This document shows, piece after piece, positions 48,632 to 59,930 of a stretch of DNA of 64,000 nt. The DNA lies in contig CAUYUJ010000277.1 in the NCBI GenBank assembly GCA_963575745.1, positions 1 to 64,000 of the forward strand, written 5' to 3'. This DNA is from Prorocentrum cordatum. Its lineage: Eukaryota. The stretch's first letter is position 1; the number at the start of each line of letters is the position of its first letter. Both the position numbers and the translations under genes were made by a program. A model generated the notes under the pieces. The model saw nothing but the letters and a program-made list of their open reading frames with translations, did no database searches and was not told the origin of the DNA.

Positions 48632-51600
48632 TTGGTAGGCCTTGTCAAGGGAGAGATGGCCAAGGTTTACCGCAAACTTGAAAAGGGAAACGGTTTCGAG
48701 ATGTGGCGGAAAACATGCGCCAGAAACACACGTCGAGGACTCATGAAAGCAATCTTGAGCTACGATTTTTCGACCGATCGTTTGGACAGCTTGCCAGAGA
48801 AGCTGGCCGAGTTCGAAGTTCTTGTGCAGCAGTACGATGATCTCGCGAACCCAGAAGAATGTTCCGATGACGTGAAGATCACAGCAATGATCCAATCAAT
48901 TCCAGAGCCAATGAAAGGACACTTTAAGTTGAACACGGAATTGTATTATACTTATGAGGAGCTGAAACAGAAGATTTTAGCGTATGTCCAAGGGAAGCGA
49001 GACTGGAAAAACTCTTTTGCCAAATCAGGAAGCGATTCCAAAACCAAGCCCATGGAAGTCGATCCGCTCACGTCCGCGTGGGAAGGAGGAAAGACAGGAA
49101 AGACAGGAAAGACAGGAGAAGGGAAAGGATATGATTCAGGAGGAAAGACATGGAAAACAGGAGGAAAACGAAAGGATCAAGGAGGGAAGTACGGAGGCAA
49201 GGGTTACGGAGGAAAGGTCGGATCTGGGAAAGGAGCAGGAGGCCCCCAGCAAGGACAGGCAAGATCCTCTTGGGGGCGTCCCCGCCAATGGTTTCAGAGC
49301 AGTTGGCAGGGAACCGGCAAGCCCTCCGGAAAGACGGCTGGCGGCAAAGCTCAGCCACAGAAATGGTGCGAGATTTGCTGGATGAGGAACCATTGGACTT
49401 CAGAATGTAGGTATAACAGTAAAGGTAAGGCAAGCAAAGGTAACAACAGGTCGGCTGAGGTTGCACCCCAGTCCCATTCGAACGGCCAGGGGGCTTCGGA
49501 GAGCCCGTCCTGGAACGATGGACCACAGTACCAGCCCGAAGAGTTTGCCGCCGTGTGTCCAGCATGTGAAGGAGATGAGGGAGAGCAGTCAGGTGAGAGT
49601 TTCCTTGAAATTGAATTTGGTAGTGTACGTATGCATGCATGCATGGATGTTGGGACGCAGACCGAAAACTGCTCTTCTAAGGAATCCGCCGGTGAAACTC
49701 AATGGTTTCGGTTGTCGTCTGACGGGGATCCCAGCACGGAGGAGGAAAATCTAGGGGAAACCAGCAGTACGGAGTGCGAGCCTGTGCGTAAGTGTGTGCG
49801 CACGCGCATAGTGAACAAATCTCAGAAGTTGCGCGCGCGTACAGCCACACCGCACAACACACATAAGCAGCGCGTAGACCTGAACACCCCATCGGTTGAA
49901 CTCTTGCCGAAAGCAACAGGTTGGAAAATGATGTGTTTGCAGGTGTTCTCGATTTTCTTGTTGGTGTTGGTCGCTGCAAGCAATGCGTTTCCACCACATG
50001 TGTCCCCGGACGTATGTCCTAGCAATCGCCGCTGTCTTATTTCAGTTTTTGAGCCGCCCGGCAATTCAGAAGAAACCCGGGCTTTCAATTCAACGAGACA
50101 TCGAAACACGATGAGTTTTTAGTGTTGTGGTATACTGGCACGTTTGACAATGTGTGTGGACCAGCCTTCGCCCCTCACATCAAAATGATTCCTGCTTCAG
50201 GGATCGACGGAATAACCGCGAGCGGATATGAAATGAAGAGGCTGGGATACAAAGACGTTCCATTACAGCTGATCGGGTCGAATGGTAAAGTTCTGCAGCT
50301 CGTGATTCGGTTCGGGGTGTTTCGGAATGCATCCACCACTTTGATCAGCGTAAGTCACCTAGCTAAGCAAAAGAATATGTCTTTCACATTTGGGAATGCC
50401 CAAGTTGTGGCAACCTCTCCAAACATTTCGGGTGAATTCGTTGTGAAAGAGCAAAATTTCTTATATCGTGCCAAGGCTAAGTTTGTTGACCCAGATCGCG
50501 TCCCCGATAGTATGAAAAATGTCATCTCGTCCGTTGCGTTCCAGAGGCCTCTAGAGGACCCCCCCGCAGATTTGTTAGCAGCGCTTCCGCGGGAAATGCC
50601 GCAGGACGGGAACGAAATGTGGTTCCTGACAAACGACGGGGAGCCATTCGTAGTGCGCCCCCGGACTAATGTGATGCACATTCCGGCTGGTAGGCTTCCA
50701 GGGGGACGGACGAAGGAAACGGTTGCGGAAAAGTTCTCCATCCACATCGCATGGGTTAAATGGAACACATCGCCCTGGCAACTTCTTGAGAATCGAACCG
50801 AGTGGACAAACCTCCAAAATCCGGAGGAAAGCTTAGGTGCATATGGCACTCTTCTCACAGCATTCACCGCAAAAGCTGAGATACGCGGCAATTCCGATGA
50901 GAAGGAAACCGCGGACTCCGAACAATCGTCGTTAGAAGCTGATGAGGCCCATACTCCTGTAGCCCCAAAGATCCCCAAAGGACCCACCAAGAAGGAAAGG
51001 GACGCGCACAATCTTACGCACATGCAATTTCGCGATTGGCGTGAATTCTGCGTCAGAGGCCGGTCGAAAAAATCGCCGTACAAACACGGGGAAGATTCCC
51101 CGTACCCGGTAGTTCAATTAGATTACTTTGTGAAGACGGCAGAAGATGCCAATGTCATAACATACATCTCCATCATCATTGTCGCGCCAGGTTATGGAGC
51201 ATGCACACAAGTGAAAAATAAGGGATCATCCGACACGCACGCGATCGATTTCGTAGTAAAGCATTTGGAGCATGCGGGTTTCACGAGCACGATTGTTGTA
51301 CAGACAGACGACGAGTCCTCCATCAAAGATGTTGCACGCGTGGTAGCAAGTAAGCGTAAAAGTAACACGCAGTTGCGGCACACACCAGCAGGACACAAGA
51401 AAGCCAATGGATCAGTAGAGCGATTTCATCAGAGTGTAGAGGCACTTTTGCGCACGCATAAACTTGCACTCGAATCTAGGTACAGCATGGTACTCACAAA
51501 CACAAGTATTCTCACGTCGTGGTTGATTCGACATTGTGGATGGTTGCACAGTAGGTTCCAGAAGCACACTGACGGTAAGACATCTTTCGAACGTGTAAAA

Positions 51601-54038
51601 GGGCACGCATACCATGGTATGATAGCCGAATTTGGCGAGTGTGTGTCTGGCCGGAAAGCAGGACCAATCACAGCTAAAATGGAGCCCCATTTCGTGAGAG
51701 GCGCGTGGATCGGGAAAACCACAGGCAGCGATGAACACATGATTGCCAGCGCCAACGGGATCTTCCAAACGCGCACCATCCGCAGAAAGGAAAAGAATGC
51801 ACGTTTCGACGTGAATGTTGTCCGGCAGGTCTATGGGGTACCCTGGGACTTGCAATATCGCCCAGGCAATGCCTCTACGGAATCCCCCGTGCCGCCTCCG
51901 CCACCCGCACCTGTGTCTAGGGATCTCGGTGTCACAGCCCAGGAGAGAAATTTACGTTTGTTTTGGCGCGAGTGGGGTAAAACCCCCAACTGCAAGGCGT
52001 GCCAGGACGGTGCGCACGGCAACACACACTCAGCAGAATGTCGGCGGAGACGGCAACAGTGGGAAGACAGCAAACAAGGTGCGGCACAGCGTGTCGCAGC
52101 CCCAACTCCACCAAGCGCCTCCCAGGAGCCCGAAACGTCCGATGGAGCGCCCGACAGACGTGTCCGGATTAGGGTTAAAGGGCCGCCTGTGGCGACTAAC
52201 CCGGGACAGAGCAGCAATAGCAGTAGCGGGGATCCAGGACAGAGTAGAGGTAGCAATAGCGGGGGTACGAAACGGCAGGCAGAAGTTCAAGCTGAGGATT
52301 TGGACCAACAGCGCAGTGAACGGGAAAACGCACAGCACGGAGAGAAACGGAAGGCTGAAGGAGAGCATCCAGAGGATCCAGGATCTGCCACGATGGCAGC
52401 AATCCGCCCTATTTTAGGGCTAACTGAAGATACACATCTTTGCGAAGAGCCAGAGCCTCACGTGTGCGACTTTTATGACACACATGCAGAATTGTTGCGA
52501 CAATGTTACGCCGATGTTGAGCTGATTGACGGCTTGCCCAAACCCTTAGTGGAGGCAGGCATGAAGCGTGAAATGGCCCATCTGGACCATTTTGGCGTGT
52601 ACCAGTGGTGCAAAGAAGAGGAAGCCACATCGCAACCCATAAACTCAGGATGGGTCCACAATAAACGTGGCGAAACGGAGGTCCGATCGCGCATTGTGGC
52701 AAAAGACTTCAAGTGGGCAGCGGTCCGGGATGACGTGTTCGCGGCAACCCCCACTCCCACGGGTTTGAGAATTATCTTAGCAATAGCGATGAGAATGAAC
52801 TATACCATCAGAGTAGGAGATTTCAGTGTAGCGTTCATGCACGCGGATATTAGTGACCAGGAAGTGTTTTGTAGACCTCCGGAACCATGGAAATCCCAAT
52901 ACCCAAAGTGGACTTGGAAGATGCAGAAAGCAATGAACGGGCTCCGGAAAGCACCGCAAAACTTTCAGGATTTTCTGGCTGAGGTTCTCGTGAAACGTCT
53001 GGGTTTCAAGCGGTGCCGGAGTGACCCCCAGTTGTTTGGGAGCGAGAAGAGAAACGTGTATCTCAACGTGCATGTGGACGACCCCATAACAGTAGGTCCA
53101 GATGATGTTGTCACGAGGTTTTTCGATGAGCTCGAGAAGCATGCCCTGTTTCGTAGAGGGGAGCGCTTCAATGCGCAATCGGCCGTCAAATATTTAGGTA
53201 AGTGTTCTAGGTTGCCGGCATTGCAGTGAGCCCAGCGCCGGGATATATTGATGAAGCGTTAGATGTAGTAGGGATGGAAGGATGTTCGGCTGTTTCGACT
53301 CCAGGGCACAAGACCCCAATGCCAGTGCAAGGGTCGGTTGGAGAAGAGTTTGCAGAGCTGACAGGGAAAGATCATCACAAATACTGGTGTGTAGTTGGTA
53401 AGATGCAATACATCCCCACAGAGAGGCCCGACATTCAATTCACGACGAAAGAACTTGCGAGAAAGCACGCGGCCCCCACGAAGGGAGACATGAGGAAACT
53501 AAAGCACTTCATGCGGTATATGCAGGGAACCAAACAAGAATGCCTGCATTTGCAAAACGGCGGAAGTTTGAAAGACGACATTGTTGTGTATGTAGACAGT
53601 GATTGGGCCGGGTGAAAGACAACCCGGAAATCCACATCTAGCGGTTACGTGTTTGGGGGCCCATGTCTCCTTACGAAATATAGTCGTACCCAATCAGTGA
53701 TTGCCCAGAGCTCCGGAGAGGCAGAGCTGTACGCCATCGCCTCGGGAGCGGCCGAAGGCTTGCTAGCGCAGACGATCCTCACAGAACTCGGTCTTGGAGT
53801 GACCGTACGAGTGCGCATAAAATCTGAAAAATCTGCCGGGATTGCGATAGCCTCGCGCCTGGGGCTTGGGAAGCTCAAGCATGTTGACATCAAATATATG
53901 CACGTGCAGCAGCTAGTACATGCATCCCGTGTTCGATTGGGACAGGTGCCAGGCGCAAACAACTGCGCAGACTCAGGAACCAAGTTTTTCGAGTATGCAC
54001 GTCTAGATGAACTGAAGAAGATGATTTGTGTGTGGTGA
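48632..54038 (+). pseudogene. Copia gag-pol polyprotein, disrupted
   Basis: gag PMEVD and CEICWMRNHWTSEC. Protease site LWYTG (D>Y). Integrase HNLTH..WREFC, QLDY, QTDDE, NGSVER. RT RSRIVAKDF, DFSVAFMHA, KAMNGL, HVDD. RNase H DSDWAG*, SSGEAELYA, KHVDIK, NCADSGTK. Frameshifts near 50120 and 53220. Confidence 0.93.
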
Positions 54039-54791
54039 ACGTGCACGATAATTCCCAGCACCACACGATACGAAACTAAAACAAAGCGTATCCGTAGCAC
54101 TTCGGCTGAGTTCACTTTTCTGAGTCCGGATGTCGAAAAGCAGACAATATCAGGAGAGGTGGTTTTAGCTTTCAAGCGATGCCCTTCTTGCACCGACAGC
54201 AATGTACTTTATAGCAAAGCAGAAAGGTCAGAAATGAAAGGAGGCCCAGAACACTTGGGCAAAGCGCTGACATATCGTTTGGTGCAGCACATGATCTCAG
54301 ACAGACACAAGCAGGAACGCAATCCGGCCGAAACCCTAGCGGAGGCCGTACCGATCCAGTATACTTAGTCCAACTGTGGCCTTGGCCAGAAGTGCCGCCG
54401 GAGCTTGCTTGGAAGAAGGCGGCGCCGCCGCCACCGCCACCGCCGCCAATGCCCCACGCTGGGGGTAAGCAGGAAGAGAAGGAAGCAAACGACCCAAAGG
54501 AGCTGCGAGGGCGAGCCCGCTCCAGGACCAGCCGCCGCAGACGCAGTCGCTCGTCTTCCTCTTCGACTGATGAGAAGCCATCATCGGTGAAGCGGCGTTC
54601 GCAGGACGAGGTCCTGAACGACGTCATGGCTGATATCCCATACTTGAACCTTAACAGCCTTGTAAAGGTCCTTGGTAGCGTTACCAGGCGCATTGAGGAC
54701 GTCACTGCCGAGAGGAGAACGAAGCAAGAGTAGTAGGAGCGAGCAGGTTTTACAGGTGACTTGCAAAGCGCGGAATTTCTTTCCGAGGGGG

Positions 54792-54889
54792 TGGAAGTCC
54801 ACCTCTCTCGTGGCTCTCTGTCTCTCTGCCTGCACCGCAGCCAGCTTGGGTCAAGCTGATCCCAGGAAAAAAGCATCTGCTGTCTAACA
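54792..54889 (+). repeat. 3' LTR, preceded by a GAGGGGG polypurine tract
   Basis: About four substitutions and a 6-bp indel relative to the 5' LTR. The first bases are missing. Confidence 0.9.
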
Positions 54890-55082
54890 CCTCCTCCTCC
54901 TCCTGCTCCTCCTCCTCCTCCTCCTCCTCCTCCTCATCCTCCTCCTCCTCCCCTCCCCGCCTCCTCCTCCTCCTTCTCCTCCTCCTCCCCCTCCTCCTCC
55001 TCCTACTCCTCCTCCCCCCCTCCTCCTCCTCCTCCTCCTCCTCCTCCTCCCCCTCCTCCTCCTCCTCCTCCTCCTCCTCCTC
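54890..55082. repeat. (CCT)n microsatellite, continuing the tract at ~48162-48220 that the copia element split
   Basis: Directly visible in the sequence. Confidence 0.9.
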
Positions 55083-56124
55083 GGCGGCGGGGCGCGGGCG
55101 CACGCCAGGGGACCGACGACGGCCCACGTCCAGTCCGCTCGCGCGCGGCGGCCCGGGAGGGGGGAGAGGCGGCGGGCAGCCTCGGGGAGGGCGCTGGGGC
55201 ACGGAGAGCTCTGGGTGCGCTGCTCGGGGCAGCGCGCGGCGGAGCCCTCTGCAGTTTTCGGAGGCCTCCCTGATGGGGTCGGAGAATCGCAACGCATCGC
55301 CGATGCCTCGGAACCGCATCGACAGGGCATCGGCGACGCCTCGCCGATGCAACAACAGGGCATCGGCGACGCCAGCGCGAAGCATGTCGGGCTCCACAGC
55401 GAACCGCCGCGGCGATGCATCGGCGATGCGGCGCTACCCTTCCACACCACCTGCTCGGACCCGACTTGGGAGACCTCGAGCTTCGTGTACCCCGGGGGGC
55501 CCGCTTGAAGCGGAGCACTGCCCAGGATGGACCCCAGGATGCACTGGGAACCGGCTTTGAGCGGACGATGTTCGTCGGAGGGTAGGGAGGGACTCGAGGA
55601 TGAGAGACTCGAGGATGGGCGGCTTTTCAATATTCTCGGCCTTTTCTGAGCCCCCTCGTCGCCGAGGCTGGACCAGCAACGAGGTTCTGTTCGGAGCGCG
55701 CCCCAGGACGGGCCCAGGGGTCAACATTGAGGCCCGGCACCCAGGCCTCTCCCCCCCTCCCCGCCCCCCTCCCCGACGCGCGGAAGCGCACGCACGGCGG
55801 AGGAGGGAGGCTTAGATCGGGCGTCCCCCTACAGGCGGACTTTGGACGAAAAATAAAAATAGTCCAACATACGACAAAATGTGCCCAAAAATGCCCATAC
55901 TATTTTTTGACTACTTCTGAATTTTCCTCCTGTGGAAGGACACGACAAAGCGTAAAGGGAGGCGGGACGAGGACGAGGTATGTTGGACGTTCTCGCCGCC
56001 CTGCGCCTCCAAGAGGGCGGGGCGCCTCGCCGCCACTGCTGAGCTCGCCTCGAAGTCCTGGCCAGATCGCCCCCCCCCGTGACGACCCTGGGGGGGGGCC
56101 GTTGGGCAGGACGGAGGGGGAGGG

Positions 56125-56301
56125 CTCGAGTCAAGGATCGACTGCAGAATTGGTTCACCCTAAGAATGACTTTTCTTGCCGAATCCATGGGAGAGACGTA
56201 GAACTTCGGTCAATGTACGAAGCTTCTCCGTTTTCGTCTACAGATTCGACGTGAAAACTGATGTGAGAGTGAATCATTTCTGTAGTCGATTCCCTACTCG
56301 A
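56125..56301. mobile_element. MITE-like foldback, ~177 bp
   Basis: TCGAGTCAAGGATCGACTGCAGAATTGGTTCAC pairs with GTGAATCATTTCTGTAGTCGATTCCCTACTCGA. The inner part is also self-complementary. Confidence 0.7.
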
Positions 56302-56339
56302 AGGGCGGTGGACGAGGGCCGGGAAAAAGCGGTGATGGC

Positions 56340-56879
56340 TCACTGGAAGGAGAAATTGCTGGAGATCTTGTCGAACAGATGCTCGCCGTAGGCGATGGGG
56401 GCGCCCCCGAGGGCACGGTCGAGCGCACGGTCTGAGTCCCTGGAAAGACCGTCCCCGCACGCAGACGGAGCCTCGTCTCTCGGAGGTGCTCCGACGGGGC
56501 GGATGACGGCGTCGAAGTTCGGCTCGAAGAAGAAGGCGACGGAGGTGCGGTAGCAGCCCACCTGCGTCTGCCGGACACGGTGCGGGGTCGCCTTGAAGCG
56601 CCTGCCGCTCCACACGTGCAGCATGTCGCCGAGATTCACCACGAATGCCCCGGGCAGCGGCTCGACCGTCGTCCAGTCGCCCGCCGCCGTGCGCACCTCG
56701 AGGGCGCCCGGCGTCTCATCCTGGCTCAGCAGGGTCCACCAGCCGTAGTCGGTGTGCTCGCCGCAGGACTCGACGCCGTCCGCCTCCCTGCCGCCCAGCG
56801 GCGGGTACCCGATGATCCTGGCCACCCAGAAGCTCCGGTCCACCAGCGGGGCCAAGTGGTCGGGGGGCAGCCCAAACGC
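56340..56879 (-). CDS. 2-oxoglutarate/Fe(II) dioxygenase (IPNS/DIOX family), last exon
   Basis: RIIGYPP, GEHTDYG (HxD), FVVNLGDML, ATPHRV (distal His) and RTSVAFF (RxS). AG|G acceptor; TGA at 56340-56342. Confidence 0.92.
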   Translation of the reverse strand, partial: AFGLPPDHLAPLVDRSFWVARIIGYPPLGGREADGVESCGEHTDYGWWTLLSQDETPGALEVRTAAGDWTTVEPLPGAFVVNLGDMLHVWSGRRFKATPHRVRQTQVGCYRTSVAFFFEPNFDAVIRPVGAPPRDEAPSACGDGLSRDSDRALDRALGGAPIAYGEHLFDKISSNFSFQ

Positions 56880-57430
56880 CTCGGCCACACACGCGGGGGC
56901 GGCCCCGAGCTCCGAGTGGCCTCTGGTGCGTGGCCCACGCGGGACCACTGCGGGGCAGGCACGGCAGAGGGGCGGTCCGCGTGCCTGGGTCTGGCCCCCC
57001 CTCGCGGCCCCCCGGGGAGACGCGCGGCAGAGGTCACTCTGGCGAAGGGTCGCTCGGCAGTTTTCGGGCCACGACTCGGGTCTGCAGCGGCCGTTCGGGA
57101 CGATCTGCCACCCCGCCACCCCACCCCAGAGCGCCCTCGGCGACGCGCAGCTGCTGGAGCGCCTGCGGAGGCAGGAAAACCTCTGGAGACCGAGGAAGAC
57201 ATCCGAGGACCCAGGCCGAAGCAACACGTGCAGAGGCCTCCTGGATGGGGTCCGAGGAGATGGGGTCGGAGGATCTCGCCGATGCATCGGCGATGCATCG
57301 GCGCCACCGGCGTGGAGAAAGTCGGGGTCCACATCGAGCCGAAGAATATCGCCAACGTATCGGCAATGCGGCGCGATCTTCCGACCCCACCTGCTCGGAC
57401 CCGACCCGAGCCCAGAGTGCAGCCGAACGC

Positions 57431-57845
57431 CTGCGCGGTGGCATCCATCAGCGCCTGGCCCAGCACTCTCATGCGGGCGAAGTGCGCCTCCGCGGCTGGC
57501 CGCAGCGCGGCCGGCTGCGGCGGCCACAGGTTGCGGGACAGCGCCAGCCGCCTCATGCCCCGCAGCTTCGCGGCGCCGACCCAGGCGCCGAGCCCGTCGA
57601 AATCGATGTCCCCCTCGCCGGGCTCCGCGAGGAAGTCGATGGCCTCGTGCCAGTCGGGCCGGCCCTCGGTGACGTTCTCGCCCAGCCGCTGGTAGCCGCG
57701 GCCGCCCGCAGGGTCACTCGCCATGGATATCGCCGCCTTCTGGCTGGGGGGAAGCGCGAAGAAGTCGCGCGCCAGCCCGTGCAGTGCGCGCACGTCGTCG
57801 CAGGGCACGCCGTGGCCGACCAGGTAGAAGAACCCAGCGCTCTGG
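57431..57845 (-). CDS. 2OG-Fe(II) dioxygenase, upstream exon (DIOX_N); 5' boundary uncertain
   Basis: GFFYLVGHGV, ARDFFALP, RGYQRLGENVT..DWHEAID and NLWP. Donor CAG|GC, in phase with the last exon. Confidence 0.88.
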
Positions 57846-57915
57846 CTCGGAGGCTGCAAGAGGTGACCCTGGCCCACGGTAGCAACTCATGGGAGCCTCC
57901 CATACCATCTTGTCG

Positions 57916-58015
57916 NNNNNNNNNNNNNNNNNNNNNNNNNNNNNNNNNNNNNNNNNNNNNNNNNNNNNNNNNNNNNNNNNNNNNNNNNNNNNNNNNNNNN
58001 NNNNNNNNNNNNNNN
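57916..58015. other. Assembly gap (100 N)
   Basis: Run of N. Confidence 1.
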
Positions 58016-58042
58016 CCTCCTCCTCCTCCTCCTCCTCCTCCT

Positions 58043-58303
58043 CGTATTGTTCTTAGTACTATTGTTCTTAGTAATGTTAGCATGAACAGTTGTCATATTC
58101 TTCTTAATCGTATAAGTAGTGTTCGTAAAAAATATTATCAATAGTATTAGTATCGTTAGGAGTATGAATATCAGTAATATCTGTATATGTACAAGTATTA
58201 TTAGTAGTATTAGTATTGTTATCACTATATGACTATTCTGAACATTATCCGTATTAGTATTATTAATAGTAGTAGTCGCATCAATATAATTATCATTACC
58301 ACG

Positions 58304-58347
<44 letters not shown>

Positions 58348-59259
58348 GACTACTACTACTACTACTACTACTGCTACTACTACTACTACTACTACTACTA
58401 TTACTACTACTACTAGTATTATTATCAGTATTAGTATTATCATCACTAGTATTAGCATTATGCTTAGTATTCTTAGTATTATTAATATTATCATTCGTAA
58501 TATTATTATTAATAGTATTATTAGTCGTGTGACTAGTACTATTATTAGTATTATTAGTAGCAGTATTGTTATGATTATTTGTAAAAATATGAGTATAAAG
58601 GTTATTAGTATATTACTCGTGTTATTAAAAACAATAGTATTAGTAACACTAGTGTTATTAGTAGTAGTACCAGTATTGCGATTAATGTTAGTATTAATAT
58701 TAATATTAGTAATAGTATCAGTATTAGTATTAGTAACGTTATTAGTATTATCATGATTAGTGTTAAAATTATCAGTAATAATACTCTTATGTTAAACATT
58801 AGTATCATTATCGGTGTTCGCATTATTCCTATCAGTATACTTATTACTATTGCCACTACTATTACTATTGTTAATCATTACATTATTCGTAGGTAGTATT
58901 ACTGTTATTACTGGCAGGATTATGATTAACAATAATGGTATTAGTGTTATGTTTCGTGTTAGTAATGGTACTATTATGGTTACTAGTATGATTGGTACTA
59001 GAAATATGAATATGGTTGTTATTATTACTCGTATGCTGATTATTAGTAGTAGAAATATTGTCAGTATAATGATAAGGAGTAGTATTATTCTTATTACGAG
59101 TAGTATTAGTAATATTAGTAACATCATGATACGTATTATGTGTAGTCGTGTTATTATCGGTACTATGAATAATAATATTAGTAGTATTATTATGTTGTAT
59201 TACCATTACTACTAATATTCTTAATAATGGTACTACTATTATTAATATCGCTATTATTC

Positions 59260-59292
<33 letters not shown>

Positions 59293-59930
59293 ATAGTGTT
59301 ATTACTACTGCTAGTATTAATAATAACAGTACTAGTATGTTCATTAGTCTTAGTAGTATTACTATTACTATTATTAGTCGTCCTTTTCGTATTGCCCATA
59401 ATCATATTCATATGTTTCGTTTTATTATTCGTAATAGTCTTCGCATTCCTTTTATTATTGATCGTCTGTTATGCTAATTATTACTATTCCTCTTCCTCCT
59501 CCTCCTCTTCTTCCTCCTCCTCCCCCTCCTCCTCCTGCTCCTGCTCATGCCCCTGTTCCTGCTCCTGCTCCTGCACCTGATCCTGCTGTTCCTCCTCCTC
59601 CTGTTGCTGCTCCTGCTCCTGCTCCTGCTCCTGCTGTTCCTCCTCCTCCTCCTCCTCCTCTCCTCCTCCTCCTCCTCCTCCTCCTCCTCCCTCAACTTCG
59701 TCTCCTCCTCTCCTCCGCCTCCGCCTCCGCCTCCGCCCCGCCTCTCCTCCGCCTCCTCTTCCTCCTCCTCCTCCCTCCTCCTCCTCCTCCTCTCCTCCTC
59801 CTCCTCCTCCTCCTCCTCCTTCTCCTCCTCCTTTTCTCCTCCTCCTGCCCTCCTCCTTCTCCTCCTCCTCCGCCACCTCCTCCTCCTCCTCCTCCTCCTC
59901 CTCCTCCTCTTCGTCCTCCTCCTCCTTCTC
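58043..59930. repeat. AT-rich degenerate (TAT/TAG/TAC)n tract followed by (CCT)/(CCTGCT)n
   Basis: Directly visible in the sequence. Confidence 0.93.

Larger units (their letters stand above)
48221..54889 (+). mobile_element. Ty1/copia LTR retrotransposon, full-length but inactivated
   Basis: Two LTRs, PBS, PPT and CCTCC on both flanks. Domain order gag-PR-IN-RT-RH. Confidence 0.95.
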
